From: Marsupella aquatica
Taxonomy: Eukaryota; Plantae; Marchantiophyta
DNA: 64,000 bases
Direction: 5' to 3'
NCBI GenBank assembly: GCA_973895155.1
Contig: OZ316895.1
Location: forward strand, 18,710,408-18,774,407
A program made the position numbers and the translations under genes. Positions 20,458-35,400 of this stretch are shown here, one piece after another. The first letter of the stretch is position 1; every line of letters starts with the position of its first letter. The notes beneath the pieces were generated by a model. The model was not told the DNA's origin and did no database searches. It saw only the letters and a list, made by a program, of their open reading frames with translations.

Positions 20458-23400
20458 GGATTTGAATCAATTTTTTTTAGGGATTAGATTTTTTTCCCTC
20501 CATAGCAAGATTTTTTTCCACCATTAAGGGAAGGATTAAAGGCAGACAAAGGTGCAGCGGTGGCCGAAATCATCCCGTGAGACTGGATGTCAATGTTCAA
20601 AATGAATTGGATACAAAATCGGGCAATGAGATAAGAAACTCCAAATTTGCCGAACACGATTTGAAAGTTTATTCTCAATTCCTTCAACTTCACCAATTGA
20701 GATTATCAATAAGAAATTATCCAGAAAAATGTCAACGAATTCCATGGAGAAACTTTTATTTCAACCACTCAGCATCAATGGCGCCAATTACTTGTCCTGG
20801 TCGCTTGATACTGAAGCTCATTTAACTTCAAAGAATCTACAGGATACTGTAATAACTGACAATGGCCTAACTCTCCAGCAAAAGGCACAGGCATTGATAC
20901 TAATTAGACACCATTTGAGCGACTCCTTGAAGCGGCAGTACATGAACAAATACAATCCGAGGATCCTCTGGGAAGAGCTCCAATCCCGCTTCGATCACAC
21001 GTGCACCATATACCTGCCTGCAGCCAGACACGATTGGATCAATCTTAGAGTCCAAGACCATAAGAAGATTGCAGACTACAACTGCGAGTTATTCCTGATA
21101 GTATCACAACTGGCCATATGTGGCCACCCTGTAAATGATGAAGAACAGATTGAGAAAACGCTATCCACCCTCCACTCTACCAATCTCATCCTCTCCACGC
21201 AATACCGCAACATGCGATTCACCAAATACTCCGAATTGATCGCACATATGCTCCTAGCTGAGAAGCATCAGCTATTGTATTACAGAACTCCCAAAAACGA
21301 CCTCCCGGCACCCTCCCCCCAGTCACAAACACAGAATCTCATTAAGTGACAACTCAAAGGGGAGAGGGATCATCTTACCGCGGCCCAGGCAGCTTCAGGG
21401 GGAGAAACACAAATAGAGGTCGAGGAGGTCCCTTCAGAGGAAGCGGGGGCAGAAACAACTCTTTCAGAGGCAGATCTAGGGGAAGATATCAAAACAATGG
21501 ATACAACTTCAGAAACAATGGGCAAAGAGACAATTCTCAACCCCGAGCGAGGATACCTCATCAGCAAAGCGCTCAAAGAGATAAATACGAAAACCCCTCT
21601 ATATGTTTCCGTTGCGGCACTAAGGGCCACATTCAAAAATTCTGCCGTGCCCCTATACACCTTGTACAATTATATAAGAAGAGCATTGAACAAAATGAAC
21701 CCGAGACATATGGGACCTTCTTAGAATCCACTGACCTAATACCATCTATAAATATGACTATATCAAGCGACGACTCTACCATAAAAGAAAATCTATCCCA
21801 CTACATAGTCAACAGCGGTACATCGCATTCCATTTTCAAGCATAAGGAATAATTTAAGTAAATTATACCATCACAAAGAAAACTAACGACTATTATGGAC
21901 CAGCACCAATTGGAAGAGGGATGTGGACCTGCAGTGGTCACCCTACCTGGCGGCACGCCCATTCAGGTGAAGTCTGCCATTTATGCTCCAAAGGCAACCA
22001 GGAACTTACTGAGCTTCGGAGATATCCGTGCTAACAAGCTACACATCAAGACGGGCACCCAAGATGGACGGGAGGTTTTGTACATTACCTCGGGGGAACC
22101 ACCAAACACAAAGATCAAAGAGATCCTATGTGCTTCACCCCCTGGCTGTTATACTACTAAAATCTACAGTTTCCACATTGAAGCACCCCAAGGAACACTT
22201 ACCAAGATCTGGCATAGGAGACTTGGCCACCTTGGAACGATAATGTTCTAGAAGCTCATCAGAGAAATGCAAGGTATATCGGAGAAGGCCACCCCACGTC
22301 CATGAAAGCCCCTTGTTTAGCTTGCTCACAGGGAAAGCTTATAATCCGGCCCTCGCCACCAAAAACTGAACATCAAATCCCACGTTTCCTGGAACGCATA
22401 CACGCTGATCATGTATGCGGACCAATCGATCCCCCTAGCGGCCCATTCCGATTTTTTCTGGCAGTCATAAACGCATCCACAAAATGGAGTCAGATATCTT
22501 TATTATCCACAAGAAACCTGGTATTCTCCAGACTCCTCACCCTACATACTAAAATTGAGAGCTCAATTCCCTTAAAACCAAATTAGAACACTGAGAGTAG
22601 ATAACGCTGGTGAATTTACCTCTAAGACGTTCAAAGATTTTTGCCGTGCCACAGGCATTGATGTTCAGTACCCCGTACCTCATGTCCATTTTCAAAATGG
22701 AATAGCCGAATCCCTGATCAAGCGACTACAGCTGATTGCCAGACCCCTACTAATGCAGATGAACTTACCAACAGCTGCTTGGGGCCACGCCATTCTCCAC
22801 TCTGCTGCCCTACTAAGTTACAGACCATCATCATTTAACTCAACTACCCCTTACCACTTAGCATTTGGGAGCATACCAAATGTCTCTCACCTGAGAATGT
22901 TTGGCTGCAAAGTCATGGTACCCATCTTGGGACCCAAGAGAACCAAGATGGGGCCACAAAGACATGCAGGTATATACATCGGTTTTGACTCAACTTCTAT
23001 AATCAGATATATGGAGCCTACTACATCTGATGTATTCAAAGCACGTTTTGCAGATTGCCACTTCTATGAAGAGATCTTTCCCAGTTTACAAACGAAACAA
23101 CTCGACACAGAGAAGAATACTCACCTTACTTGGCAAATTGATGCTGAATTCTGGAACGACCCACGGGACAGCCACGCAGACACCGAAGTACAACGGATCC
23201 TCCACTTGGCCAGGATGGTAGAACACCTACACGACTCCTTTACAGATGCCGCCCAAGTGACCCGCTCCCACATTCCAGCAGCAAACGCCCCATCAAGAAT
23301 CCAAATGGAGACCCCACCAGCATCAGTCACTGCACCGAAAGCAAAGAGAGGCCGCCCACTGGGATCTGCAGATAGACAGCCAAGACAGCGCAAAACCGCC

Positions 23401-26050
23401 CCAACATCTGCACCAAATACATTGATCAGAGACCAAACCCCAATCCAACCAAATGTACCAGAAGACAATGTAGAGATATCAATCAACTATGGAAGAACTG
23501 GACATGTATGGGACAGAGACCATACCACGATAGACGAACACTTTGCCTTCCACATAGCACAGCAGATCGAAGAGGAATTACCAGATACGAACAATTAAAG
23601 AAGTTGAGGCCCAACCTGATTGGCCTGAATGGGAACAAGCCATTCATTTAGAACTGGACTCATTGATAGCCCGCCAGGTATTCGGACCAATTACAATAGC
23701 AGAACCTGTGGTGCATCTCACAAGCTATAAATGGACACTGGTCAAGAAAAGGAATGCGAAAGGCGAAGTAACCAGACACAAGGCAAGATTGGTGGCCAGG
23801 GGATTCACACAAGTCCCCGGCAGGGACTACGACTTAACATACTCGCCGGTAATGGATGTCATCACTTACCGGTACCTTATCACATTCTCACAACGCCACA
23901 ACTTATCCATGCACCAAATGGATATTGTAACAGCCTACCTATATGGACACTTAGACAAAGTCATATACATGGAAGCTCCACCAGAACTGGTGAAATGAGT
24001 CGAGTATCACAGCAAAGGGAAACAAACACATAAAGCTGGAATCCACAACCAGGCGGAAACATTCAAGCATACAAATTCAGCGATACTCCACAAGACTGCA
24101 GCAAAGATAGCACTAACAGATCCTATCCAACATCAAAGGGACACCACCCGAAGAACTCGATTTGCAGTACAGGTGTTAAGATCCCTATATGGCCTCAAGC
24201 AAAGTGGCCTCACATGGTATAAACGTTTTAAGTCAGAAATGTTGGCCATGGGATTTACAAATGCCGACATTGCACCCTGTTTCTGAAACGGGAAAACAGA
24301 GAATTTATTATAGTAGCCATCTACGTGGACGACCTGAACCTGTTCGGAACAAGAAAAATTATGGCTGAAACTATCATACTCTTAAAACAGGCTTTCGAGA
24401 TGCATGACCTAGGGCAGACTTCTTTCTGCCTAGGACTACAATTTGAGCACCTGCACAATGGCATTTTCCTGCATCAGTCCACGTACATCAAGAAAATCCT
24501 GAAGCAATTCAACATGGACAAAGCCACTGCAGTCAGATCCCCCATGGACATCCGCACACTTGACAAAGAAAAGGATATCTTCCGAAAGAGAAATGAAATG
24601 GAGACATTGCTTGGCCCAAAGAAGCCATACCTATCTGCTATAGGTGTCCTGATGTTCCTTTTGAACCAGACAAGGCCAGATATCGCCTTTGCAGTCAATC
24701 TATTGGCTCGCCATAGTGCCAAGCCAACTATTCGGCATTGGAATGGGATAAAGCGCATTTTCCGCTATCTTGTGGGTACCAAGGATCTGGGACTGTTTTA
24801 CCCATCCGAAACTAATTACTCACTTACAGGATATGCTGATGCAGGTTACCTCTCAGACCCGGAGGACGCGAAGTCTCAAACCAGGTACGTCTTCTTGATG
24901 GGCCAGACCGCAATCTCATGGCGAAGTTGCAAGCAAACACTAACAACTACATCATCAAATCACTCGGAAATTATAGCTCTCTATGAATCAAGCAGGGAGT
25001 GCATTTGGCTACGCAACATCATCAATCACATCCATGAGAACACAGGCATACCTACACTGTCAACACCAACAGAAATTCACGAAGATAACAGAGCCTGCGT
25101 TGAACAAATTCAAGCAGGCTTTATCAAGGGAGATCGAACCAAACACATTGCCCCCAAATTTTTCTTTACGCATGAACAGCAAGGCAATAGCATCGCAGTT
25201 AAATGGATACAAAGCTCCCAAAACATCGCAGATTTGTTTATGAAATCACTTCCCCCTGTACTACACAGACAACATACATTCTCTATAGGATTGCGCAACT
25301 TAACTGCATTGCAGGACTAACACCTTTCGGACTGCTTCCGACCTACTTGTCTCCTGCCCAGGGGAGAATAAAAGTGAACCTTGCAACTACACAACAATGC
25401 GTGAAGGAGCGACCAGAAAATACCACATCAGGGGGAGCAAAAAGCACACAGCACACTCTCACGCCAATGAAGCAGAAAGAATCCAACATTACCACAACTT
25501 GTTTGATGCGCAAGTGCCCCGATCACGAACCACCGAAGAGAAGCGCCCGACATCATCAAGAACGACGATCCTAAAACGCAGCAGCGCATAACCTGATAAC
25601 TGCGAACACGGCAACGAAAGCAGCCCGAACATCGAACGCCACCTCGAACACTCTCGATCAAACAGATGAACCTATCGAATTCCACATAGTTCCACTGCCC
25701 TAAACGCAAACTACGATTAACTTTGGACCTGTAGCACGTAGAGGACTTACACGCAAATTACAGTAGAACCTTACTGTATAAGGCTACTGACCAAACGATA
25801 CGGGTACAAAGTCTATAAGACAACCCACTTAATTTTTTTTAACAGACTACAATAACTTTACATTAACATATAGCTTGGAGAAAATGGTAACACTCTTTCC
25901 CCCTACAAGAAAGGAGAGGGGGTTTTAATGAGGTTACATTTTCATTCCTAACTATAAACCTTTCAAAGACTAGGACATATTACACATTAGAGTAGGTTTT
26001 TCTTAGATGGTTGCAACTTTACCCCGGGTCATGTTACACCCAAGGGGGAG

Positions 26051-26202
26051 TGTTATAACCCATACCTAAACCTACCCTACCTAGGGTTAAACCCTACTAC
26101 AGTTAGGCTAATTCCAACCGCCTAACTACCTAGCCTCCATAGGAGCTATATGTAATGGGGAGATGATAAATGAAGTGATCAGTTGTTCCACACCTTACAA
26201 CA
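26051..26202 (+). repeat. 3' LTR
   Basis: Follows the PPT and is followed by the CATAG TSD. Confidence 0.97.
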
Positions 26203-28212
26203 CATAGCACTTTTTCCTACCTTTTAAAAAACAAACTGAAACTAGGGAAGCTAGGGAGGGTAGTGAGTCATCATATGTTAAGAGAGTTCTCACCTCCGTA
26301 AAAGTACCAAACGAGTCTGCTGTGCACTAGTATTTCCATTTCATTATTAGTTTTGGGAACATTTTCTACCAAATGCCTCAACTACAGTTCTTTTGTATGG
26401 ATAACTCAGAACTTTACTACCCAATTTACCACAAGCAGATCGAGAGCTCTGAATCAGTGCGAAAGCATGAAAACTCTCAACGGCAACTAGTCTTCACAAA
26501 CAATGCAGTAAGATAGTCCAAGATAAGAGAACCAAAGTCTTAAAAACAGCTTTTTCTGACATCAGATACGAAGTTCCCAATTTGGAACTGGCGCATTGGT
26601 GTCAATGAAAGGTCTGAGAGGAAAGGAGTTTTAAGATAAGATTGTACGTTATACAGATTTCATTACATACACAAGACTAGTTCACCCAATTCCTTTATGC
26701 CTAAACCCTAAACCCCTCATTTATAGATTTGCATTTTTTTATATAAATTCTTACAACTATTACATATTACAAACCAGCCAAACACAAATTTGAATGCATG
26801 CTTTTCCTAACCAGTAAATGGCAAGCGAGGAAAGTGTCCAATCCAACAAAGGGAAGCCAGCCCAAAGAAGACTCAAACTGAAAGGCGGCAGAATCAATAA
26901 ACTTTGGTACTGGAAATGCTCAGAAACAATCAGCCTGAAAAGCAGGAGGAACAGATAAAGTAACCTCCTAGCGAACTACAACTTGCACCACCGCACAACA
27001 CCAGTAATAGAAGTAGTCTAACATCTCCCAACCCTGATAGATGATGCAGAGACGTCAGTTACAGCTGAGATCCAGCTTCATTGTCTATGGCTTCCACCTA
27101 AGATATATCCTTCGCCAGCGACACAGAAACAAGATCAGGACTGTACATTCCTATCATCTCAATCGCCTGCTCATTAGAAGCACAAAATCGCCACATTACA
27201 CTACTGAACACCTAACCATACCTCTAATGTGGATATCGTAGCTAAGTCCTAATGCAGATTCCATAGATTCCAAATGAGCTTAGAAACCATTGATGGGAGC
27301 AGAAGGTTTGGCATGGGATCGCATCCTAGTTGATAGCGCAAACTTTATTCTTGTGAGGAACCTTCTATTTGACATCGGAATCATTCAATCAATTTCCTAT
27401 GAGTTTCCTATAACAGTAGAAAGTGACAAAATCGACCATCGACGTCAGCTGAAATCCTTTCTTCATTATCGCTGGGTTGACTTGCTAATTCTTCAATGTC
27501 GTCTGCTCGAACCGCTCCAATCCTTCTTGACTCAGCTTCAGTCCTGTTACTGTTACCCCCTCTTTCAATTTTGTACGAGAAGAAGTTGCTTTTATTACCA
27601 TTTCTGGTTAGATAACAAGCACAGATCGCTTCACCATCAATGCATATAACCTCCTCCCTATGTAAGCCTTCATCCTTGGCCAACTTTCGAACGAATATTT
27701 ATAACCCCCTTCGGCATTTTATCACCTTGTCAGGACGAACTCCTACAAATCCTTGACGGTTGCGCCATTCCTTCCAAATAGGACACTTATCAAAATGTAG
27801 TCATCGCTTTCTGTTCCTTTTCGAAGTGAGAAGAAAATGGACGTCCAACTCATGTAAATGAGCGGACTAGAAAGACCGATTTGCAATGCCATGTCATTGT
27901 ACATCTAACATTTTGCCGCTCAGGATCTCACAATTTTGGGAGATATTATGCTTTTACATAATTGCGTTTAAATACATTCACAATTTACATAGATGAGTCT
28001 TTGCCACAGATAAGAGACACCAAATACACGCTCGATAACAGGAAGAACAAAGCTGAACCGGTGCTAAAAGATGATCTTTTAGCCATTGAAATCAACTTCG
28101 CTTTCCCCGTGTACAAAACCGAACACACCCAATCATGCCTTTACAAGCCACCACAGCTTCCAAGGATTCTCCCCCTGATGAGTTGAGACTGATGCACTCA
28201 CAAAGAAGGAGC

Positions 28213-31200
28213 TCATGCCAAAGGCTTGGCTGTAGAGTCATAGCCTGAGTGAGTATCAATATATTTCCCCAGCAAATGGTCTCCACTTTTAATTGGAGGA
28301 TATCTGCAGACGAGGCAAAAAGAGTAAGAAATCACAATAGCTCGAGCAAGAAACACTGATTCGGCATGATGACGATGATCAAGATCACCATCACCATCAC
28401 CATCATGACATATGTCCTGGTACGATAATTCAACACCCTCCCAAATCAGAAAGTTAAACGTTTTAACGAAGTTAAAGACTGAAGTTTCTTCTGAACCATA
28501 CTCACTTTGAAGGATTACTCGCAGAGCAGCAAGTTGGCAGGCATTCCACAAGGGTATCAAAATTTGGCTCATAGAAGACAGGTACCTGAATTTATGACAC
28601 CGTTGCTAGCTATAAGCCAATACAATATCAAAGGAAGAACAACATGTGAATGAATGTGAACACAGAACGGCAAAACAAATATTTGCGAGTTGTAATATCT
28701 CAAAACATCGTCAGCAGATCCCTTCTGGTCCAATGAGACACAGTGGAGACATAGACCTTGTCACTCAATATCTAACACTTAATAATATATCGTCCAGCTA
28801 CCAAAAACACACGTCGAACGGAATCAACAAATCATCCTTCCTTTCAGGCATTTTGGTTTAGAAATAGGCATTTCGAGATAGGGTACTCACCGAATAGCGA
28901 TCAACTCCATTAGACAGAACCCGATGAAGCGTTGATCTGCCGCACATTGCAGTACGACTTAAATCGATTTATGAGCAAAACACAGAAATCAAACCACGAG
29001 GAAATCAGACCCCGGCAATTTTACGACAACTTATAAGCATTGAGAACCATACCGAAAGAGACCATTGGTCCAGCGTTCCAACATATCTCCCAAATTCACA
29101 ATGAATGCCCTGACAATTTACCAGCATCGGCATAGAATGAGTTCTCAAAAGATATATCAGGGTGATGAACATGCCAATTTCTGACCCATAGATAAGGAAT
29201 GATACAGCATCGTATTGCCGACCATTTTTGCTAATGCTAGCTCTAATTACTCACCCTTGCATCGGTGCCACATCTTCCCATGCCCTTGGCACAGAATCCT
29301 TCTCCTTACAAATCTGTCATGTTCAGTTCATCACTGAGTCGACAAGGGAGACAGTAATTATGACGCAAACCTGGATCCTCAGTTTCTAAATCACTGAACA
29401 GCATCCTAAACAGGCTAGATAAGTGTAAGACATTGTTTGGTGCGTGAACTGAGAGAGCTCGAGCATCAGTAGAAACACAAGAGCACCACCTATCTAACAG
29501 CAGTTCAGTTCTGGTTTCATGCAAACAAAGATGACCTGCAGTCCAGGATTACTGTCTGTTGCAAGAAAGGTAAGTAACCCATAATCTGAGTGCGCTCCAC
29601 ATCCAAATTTTCCTTGCTCAGGCTTTGAAATTTCAGCTGCGCACCATCACATACATAGTAGAGTTACATTTTCACACTCATGGGATCTGGTCCATTGCAT
29701 CTATTACAGCAATTCAATTCCTCATAGAACGGGTGCACAAAACACATCAAAGGCAGGTGAAGAGAGGTTTATTTTCTCTTCACCCACTTGGAGATGATTG
29801 CAGTTACCGTAGAGAACCACTGAAACTAGCACATCCGGAAAAAAAATTATGAGACTCGCTTCCTAGAGTCAACTAGAAAATATTTAAAAATCATCCCTTA
29901 AACTTACTGTCTCAAATTTGAATTGACGGTTTTAGACTATCGCTGTACAACCACCAAGTACATCTATAGCAGAAGAAGAAAAGTGAAAAGGAAATGAACC
30001 AACGACTCAGAAGCCTTCACAAAACGTGTTGCTCAACATATTTCGTCAGAAATTAATGATGAAATGGCAACAAAACTGACCAGTATAGTGCAGCAGGCGG
30101 AGCGCTACCATCGGAGTTGTAAACATGGTTTGGAAAAAGTCACTATCCAATTCAAGGGCCAACGCAATCAATGAGGCCACAGCATGTCCAAGTTTCCTGC
30201 GAAGGATGAAGGAGTATTCATACCTATGAGCTCAGAAACGCTCATAGAAATTACCTTTAAAGCAAGATTGACAAGAGTTGAGTTTCTACAGTGCAAGTAG
30301 AGAGTTAGTCCCAATTAAGAACATGGATAAAGCTCCAACAAAGAAGGATTCACAATCTTACAAGACCTCGAAGTAGTAATTCTGCATGGTCTCCCTCCAG
30401 CCAATCAGTAGTTCTGAGTCCCCTGTATGCAACATCTTATCATGGAAGGCTTTGGTTTCAAGAGCTGTAATGCTGCCTTCCTGATAAGAGATAAGCCCAT
30501 AAAACAGGTAGAATTCCAGAAATGGTATGCACTGATTACGAGCTTAATCTACTAAGCGTCCTCAAAGAAATAAATTGAACGATTTCTCTTACAAATTCAC
30601 CCTTGTACGTTTTATGAAACAGACACCAGTCACTTCTTAAGCTCTCTCTCCATAACGATAAACTTTCAACCTTACAAACGTTCCCAATAGAATGGTGACT
30701 TTTTTACATTTCAAATAAACACCCTTGGACATCCACATATAGTCAACTCACCTTCAGAGGGCCACTGATTGGGACCATGCAGAGGCTTTACTGACAGTGG
30801 ATGGTCAGCAGAAAGGTCCCATCCAATGTAGTAACCCTCCTTTGTGTCTCCTGATCACAAGATAGCGATTAATTATGAGCATAGAACATCGAAGTCAACG
30901 CAAATTGAACCACTGTTGCCCCATGTAGTTGTGAATTGATCGCCCATTAGCAAGAGGGGTCTTACAGTTGGTTCAGAGGGAAGAAGTGACTACGACACCA
31001 ACGGGCGTAGTTAATTTCCGTCGAAAAATAGGAACAGAGTGGTTTAAGGACAACGGAACAGAGTAACGACCGTATGGACGACAGAATCCTTACTTTCCTC
31101 TGCTGCACAATGAGAAGGACCAGAGGGTCGAACTGCTCAACTTACCTTGCTTTGAATTCATGGGATCGAGTATTTCTTCTGCCATTGGTGTATAACCGCG

Positions 31201-31700
31201 GTGATTTATATCATGCGAAACTTTCATTTTCTCATCCAGTGGGAGGTCAAAAAAGCGTTTGCTTTGCACAAATACTTCATCAATCAAGTTTTGATCGATA
31301 CCGTGATTGACCAGATAAAAAAATCCAGACTCAATGCAAGCCTGCCAGGCAACAATAGTATACGCATGAGAGCGAGTTTTCCATTGCCGTGACAAACAAT
31401 GCCTGGACAATTCTTAACAAAACTCTAAGATGCCCTCTAGTGCAGGTCGCTTCAACAACATGTTTCAAACAAATCTAAGACCACACAGTATCAGAACTGG
31501 ATTATCTCTGGGCAGACGAGACTAGCTAATTCAATAATGATATGCGAAGGAAGCAGGACAGGACCATATGTTACTAAGCTTGAGAGTATTAGAGTAAATA
31601 CTTTTCTGATCGTCTTCGCTAGAAGTAGTTTGTCCGGAACAGCCATATCGACAACAGCAAGCTCCTGCCCCTCCAACTTTGACAGAACGGTTCCCTTCAT
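28213..31700 (-). CDS. 2-oxoglutarate/Fe(II)-dependent dioxygenase (DIOX_N + 2OG-FeII_Oxy), 11 exons, 331 aa
   Basis: GT-AG exons 31700-31602, 31341-31146, 30850-30752, 30413-30362, 30196-30081, 29636-29536, 29313-29255, 29109-29053, 28936-28891, 28585-28506 and 28303-28213 join in frame (996 nt). Motifs: ACIESGFFYLVNHGI, GAHSDYG (HxD), STLHRV, RYS. Confidence 0.95.
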
Positions 31701-32089
31701 GATCCGCGAGTTTTGTAAAGCACGAGCCGAGGGAAACGACGAGTTCTTGTACACGAGACTCAACGGCGAGTTAGCTCTCTTGTCTCCCTCCGATGCACAA
31801 CAGTAGTCCCGTTCTCCTCCCTTACTGACAGGCGTGGATTGCAAAACTCGTACGCAAGCTGACTTGTAATAATTATGAGATGAGTCTCACTAACTACATC
31901 AAAATATGACATTTGTGATGTACTACATCAGTCCATGGTAAATATTGTTATTTTCTTCAAATCAATGAGTGCACCACATTTTGATGTGTGATTACCAGTC
32001 ATCACACTGCCAAAAAATGTTGCCCCTTCATTTCAGTTGAAACAAAAATAACGTCGCCCTGGGAGACACGACACTCAAGATATCCAATA

Positions 32090-32575
32090 AAGGGAAGGAC
32101 ACAAGAAAAAACGCCAGGAACCTGGAGATATTCCAGACCTTCTTTCCATTCTCTATCAATTGCTAATATAAATCTACCAAGTTAGTGAGGGGGTAGACTA
32201 AACAATGCATACAAATCTTCACCAAGATCTGAGATGCCAATCTTACAACCTCATAAAACTTGCAAGCAATGAAAACAGGATATTTATTCTCTATACTAAA
32301 GCGACACATAGAGTCACTTGGCAAACCCTATTTTTCCTCTCAATACCTTTCCATCTCCCTTGTTCTACTTCAAGATGGTGTGAACTAAGTCTATAGACAG
32401 CAATCATATGTCTAAGTTGTACTGAAATAGTACTAGATAGGTATTCTTGCTCTCCATTAAATATCCATAGGGTTTTCATCCCTCATGTAGTATTGCAGCC
32501 GTGGGCTAGGATCATGCCAGAGTTTGTGCACAATCCTTTGTTCAAGTGCTGATCTAAGCTTTGTTGGGTGTGTTG
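32090..32575 (-). mobile_element. Diverged 3' fragment of the RTEX-like LINE
   Basis: EQEYLSSTISVQLRHMIAVYRLSSHHLEVEQGRW is homologous to the C-terminus of ORF 60502..63705. Confidence 0.85.
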
Positions 32576-33230
32576 TGTTGGGAAAACCGTCACAAAACAA
32601 TAACAAACACAACCAGCAAGCATGCACACACTGACACCAAGAGATATGTGTGGTTCACCTATGTCAAGGCTACGTCCATGAGAACACACAAGAGCTTGGT
32701 ACTAAGCTTTGGCCACCATGGCCACACAAAGCCTCCTTGCACAAGCTCTCCTCCTAACTCCTAGCTAGCTCCCTCAACAATGAGCATGAGCCTCCAAGAA
32801 GAGCTCTCCCTAGCCCCTCTATATGCTAGATGCAAGGGTTGCGGCTAATCACCATTGACACCCTAATGGCGGTTTAGCCTAAGTAGCAAGAGGTTAACCC
32901 TAACAAACTTGCCCTTGACTCTGGTCTTGGGGTATGTAACATTTGCTAACCATATGAATACTCAACGGGAAGTTCTCAAAAGAAAACCCAAACCAGGTCC
33001 TCCTTATGTACGAAGTTTAACTAGAACTAAGCCGTAGCCATACAAGATAGAGTACGTAATCACATCCAAAGTTACAATAATGCTAGGTCACTTTACTTGT
33101 GCTCCAAAGACAAAACCTGCAATTTTGCATGATGTCTCAAAAAACTCTCCATTATAAGTACTTTGGTAAATGCATCAGCTGGATTGAGCTTACCGTCAAT
33201 CTTGATTAGCTCACTCAACTTATCAAACAT
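32576..33230 (-). mobile_element. Copia LTR-like segment (32576-32941) and copia RNase H end
   Basis: TGTTG...TAACA segment; LIKIDGKLNPADAFTK on the minus strand at about 33160-33210. No TSD or clear PPT found. Confidence 0.55.
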
Positions 33231-34371
33231 TGTTTGCTGGTAAAATGGTACAGACTGGGGCGATGAACAACCTGTCCATTCCCGGGGTACGTGGTGCCTG
33301 TTGCTGTTGCCCGACCTTTGTGCTCAGCGTCAGGGCTGGTGGTGGTGTTGTCATGGGGCTCGGAGTCACACTCATTGCGGGAAATTGTGGAGGAGCGTAA
33401 GGCCACTCCTAGCATTGGGCCAAGCTTGACATGAACTGATCCGTATGTAAGCGTAGACCTTCGCGGGCAAAGGGTCAAAATGGTGTCGGCCTAAGCCGAT
33501 AATTTTGGGCATTCTAAACAAGTAGTCGGGAAGCCAAACAATGGCTTTCCAGGAGCTGTGGAACTTGTCCCCGTCTAAACATAATTTGTTGATGTCCGTG
33601 GTCCTGGTGTATTTTGACTCAAAAGGGAGACAGAGATTTTTGTTGCACCGTTTATAGTCGATCAATCGGATAAGCCCTGCAAATTCCTTCTTGCTCTCCC
33701 ACCTTGACGGGTTGTGTTTGGCAAAAGATGAGGCAATGTGGTATCCTTGGGACATGAAGGAATTCTAGAAGTGGATCGATATATGGGAGTACTGGACATA
33801 ATAGACACAGACATGGGAAGCACTTGACACAACTGGCCGAGGTGCTAAGTGTGGACCCTAATCCCGCAACAACCTGAAAAGAGATGATCAATAACCACAC
33901 AAAGAGGAAGTGGTGTGGATGCTGGTGTGAGTGAGCTGACCAGAGAATAGTGAGTCCAAAGCTTGCGCATAATGACAATGCGATTGAGGAATAGAGGGGA
34001 GGGCTCGGCCCTTTTAAACCCTTGGGCTCTTCCCAAATGTTTGGTCCAAGCATGATGAGTTGCCGGCTGTACTCGGTAGTAATTAGGCCCCCACTTGTTA
34101 GGTCTGGGTCCAAGCGTGACCAAGATCCGACTTGGAATCCATTATACGGATCCAAGTCTCATAGCCATAACATACCCCTAATCATGTTGTCCTTCAGGTG
34201 TTGCACCGCCATCCCGGGGTGTTACCTCCTAATTCATACCTAGCCTAATCATCATTACTAATTAACCAGTTGTTTTTATGCTAATAACTACATACTACTA
34301 TGGCTACTTAAGGCGTACGCTAGATAGATAAGGTCATATTATTGTATACAAGACGCATTGTCGACATCACA
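33231..34371 (-). mobile_element. TGTGA-terminated element fragment (promoter + ORF start), related to 53069-55800
   Basis: Begins TGTGATGTCG at 34371 on the minus strand; TATA-like TTTAAAAG at about 34015. ORF NKNLCLPFESKY matches NNNLNLPFESKY in 53684..53995. Confidence 0.6.
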
Positions 34372-35400
34372 ATAGACAATCAACAAGGAATTACAACATT
34401 CTCTAAAGGAGAGCTAGTACTCTTGTGTAGAAAGAGGGCTCGCATAAAGAAGGGAAATTGAAGTTTAAATGGGAAGGACCTTATACTATTCATAAAGTAT
34501 GGAGTAACAAAACTTTTGAGATTACTAGTCAAGATGGGAACGAACAAAAATTAGTCAACAAAAATAAACTTAAATCTTATCACATCCAAAATGAAGTATG
34601 CCTACAAGAGGTAGAAGAGGCAATTAATGACCACGATGAAGGAGGAGAAAGCAATGTTAGCCACAAGTCAGTACACATGTTAGCCGTTACTACAACGGAT
34701 TACAATCAACACGGACCGGGAGAGCGAGGACAAAATTGACAAGAAGCACAAGAGTACGAGCTATATCATAGGGTGGTTGCGATCATAGATGTGGTCCACC
34801 ACACAAAATCTGTTTATCATCAAAGAATTTGGATGTGTACATAGGGGAAGATTTAGCGTACAAAAAGAAATCAAAGTCTACGGTTGCATTGCGATCATAC
34901 GGTGACACACAACGATCAAACAAAAATGTGGAAATCAGACGATTACTATCCGTGACACGGTGACACCTGAGAGTAACGCGCGGACAGGACCACCAATTGC
35001 ATTTTGCATGGAGAGAGAGAACCAAAGCTCACAATTATGCTCTGCTCCACCCCGCCAAAATTCAATGGAGCAAGAGGCATTTTCTAGAGAGTTCTCCATG
35101 AACAAAGAACAAAGCACAAGAAACAAAATTGAGAGCATGAGTAGTGTTGCTGCATCACCGCTTGGGATGAACATAATGACACATAAAGGGGTTTTGGTTG
35201 TAAAGTAGCAGAATACGTAAACACACCTACACCCTCACTAGGATTTCCAGACTCCACGAGCCAACGCCAAGCTAAATCACTAACACTAGCGAAAGAATAT
35301 CTATCATAGATCTTTATATTAATAATTGGAGGTGCAAAAATCATCAGGTGGCACAAAGATAGGACTGAACCTTTCCATTACCAAGCAATAGTAGTGGGAT
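34372..35400 (+). mobile_element. Ty3/gypsy integrase C-terminal relic
   Basis: KGKLKFKWEGPYTIHKV...VNKNKLKSYH is a GPY/F module. Confidence 0.7.

Larger units (their letters stand above)
20288..26202 (+). mobile_element. Full-length Ty1/copia LTR retrotransposon (Bianca-like), coding region disrupted
   Basis: Identical 152-bp LTRs at 20288-20439 and 26051-26202 (TG..CA); TSD CATAG; PPT AAGGGGGAG at 26042-26050. Gag has NYLSWSLD and CFRCGTKGHIQKFC; order is protease-integrase-RT (YVDD)-RNase H. Confidence 0.97.

Noticed and set aside
26700-26716. Telomere-like CCCTAAA repeats
   Set aside because: Only about two units; a common interstitial telo-box-like motif.
31491-31844. Longer N-terminal extension of the dioxygenase
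   Set aside because: It relies on a non-ATG start; the first in-frame ATG at 31700 gives a typical 331-aa protein.
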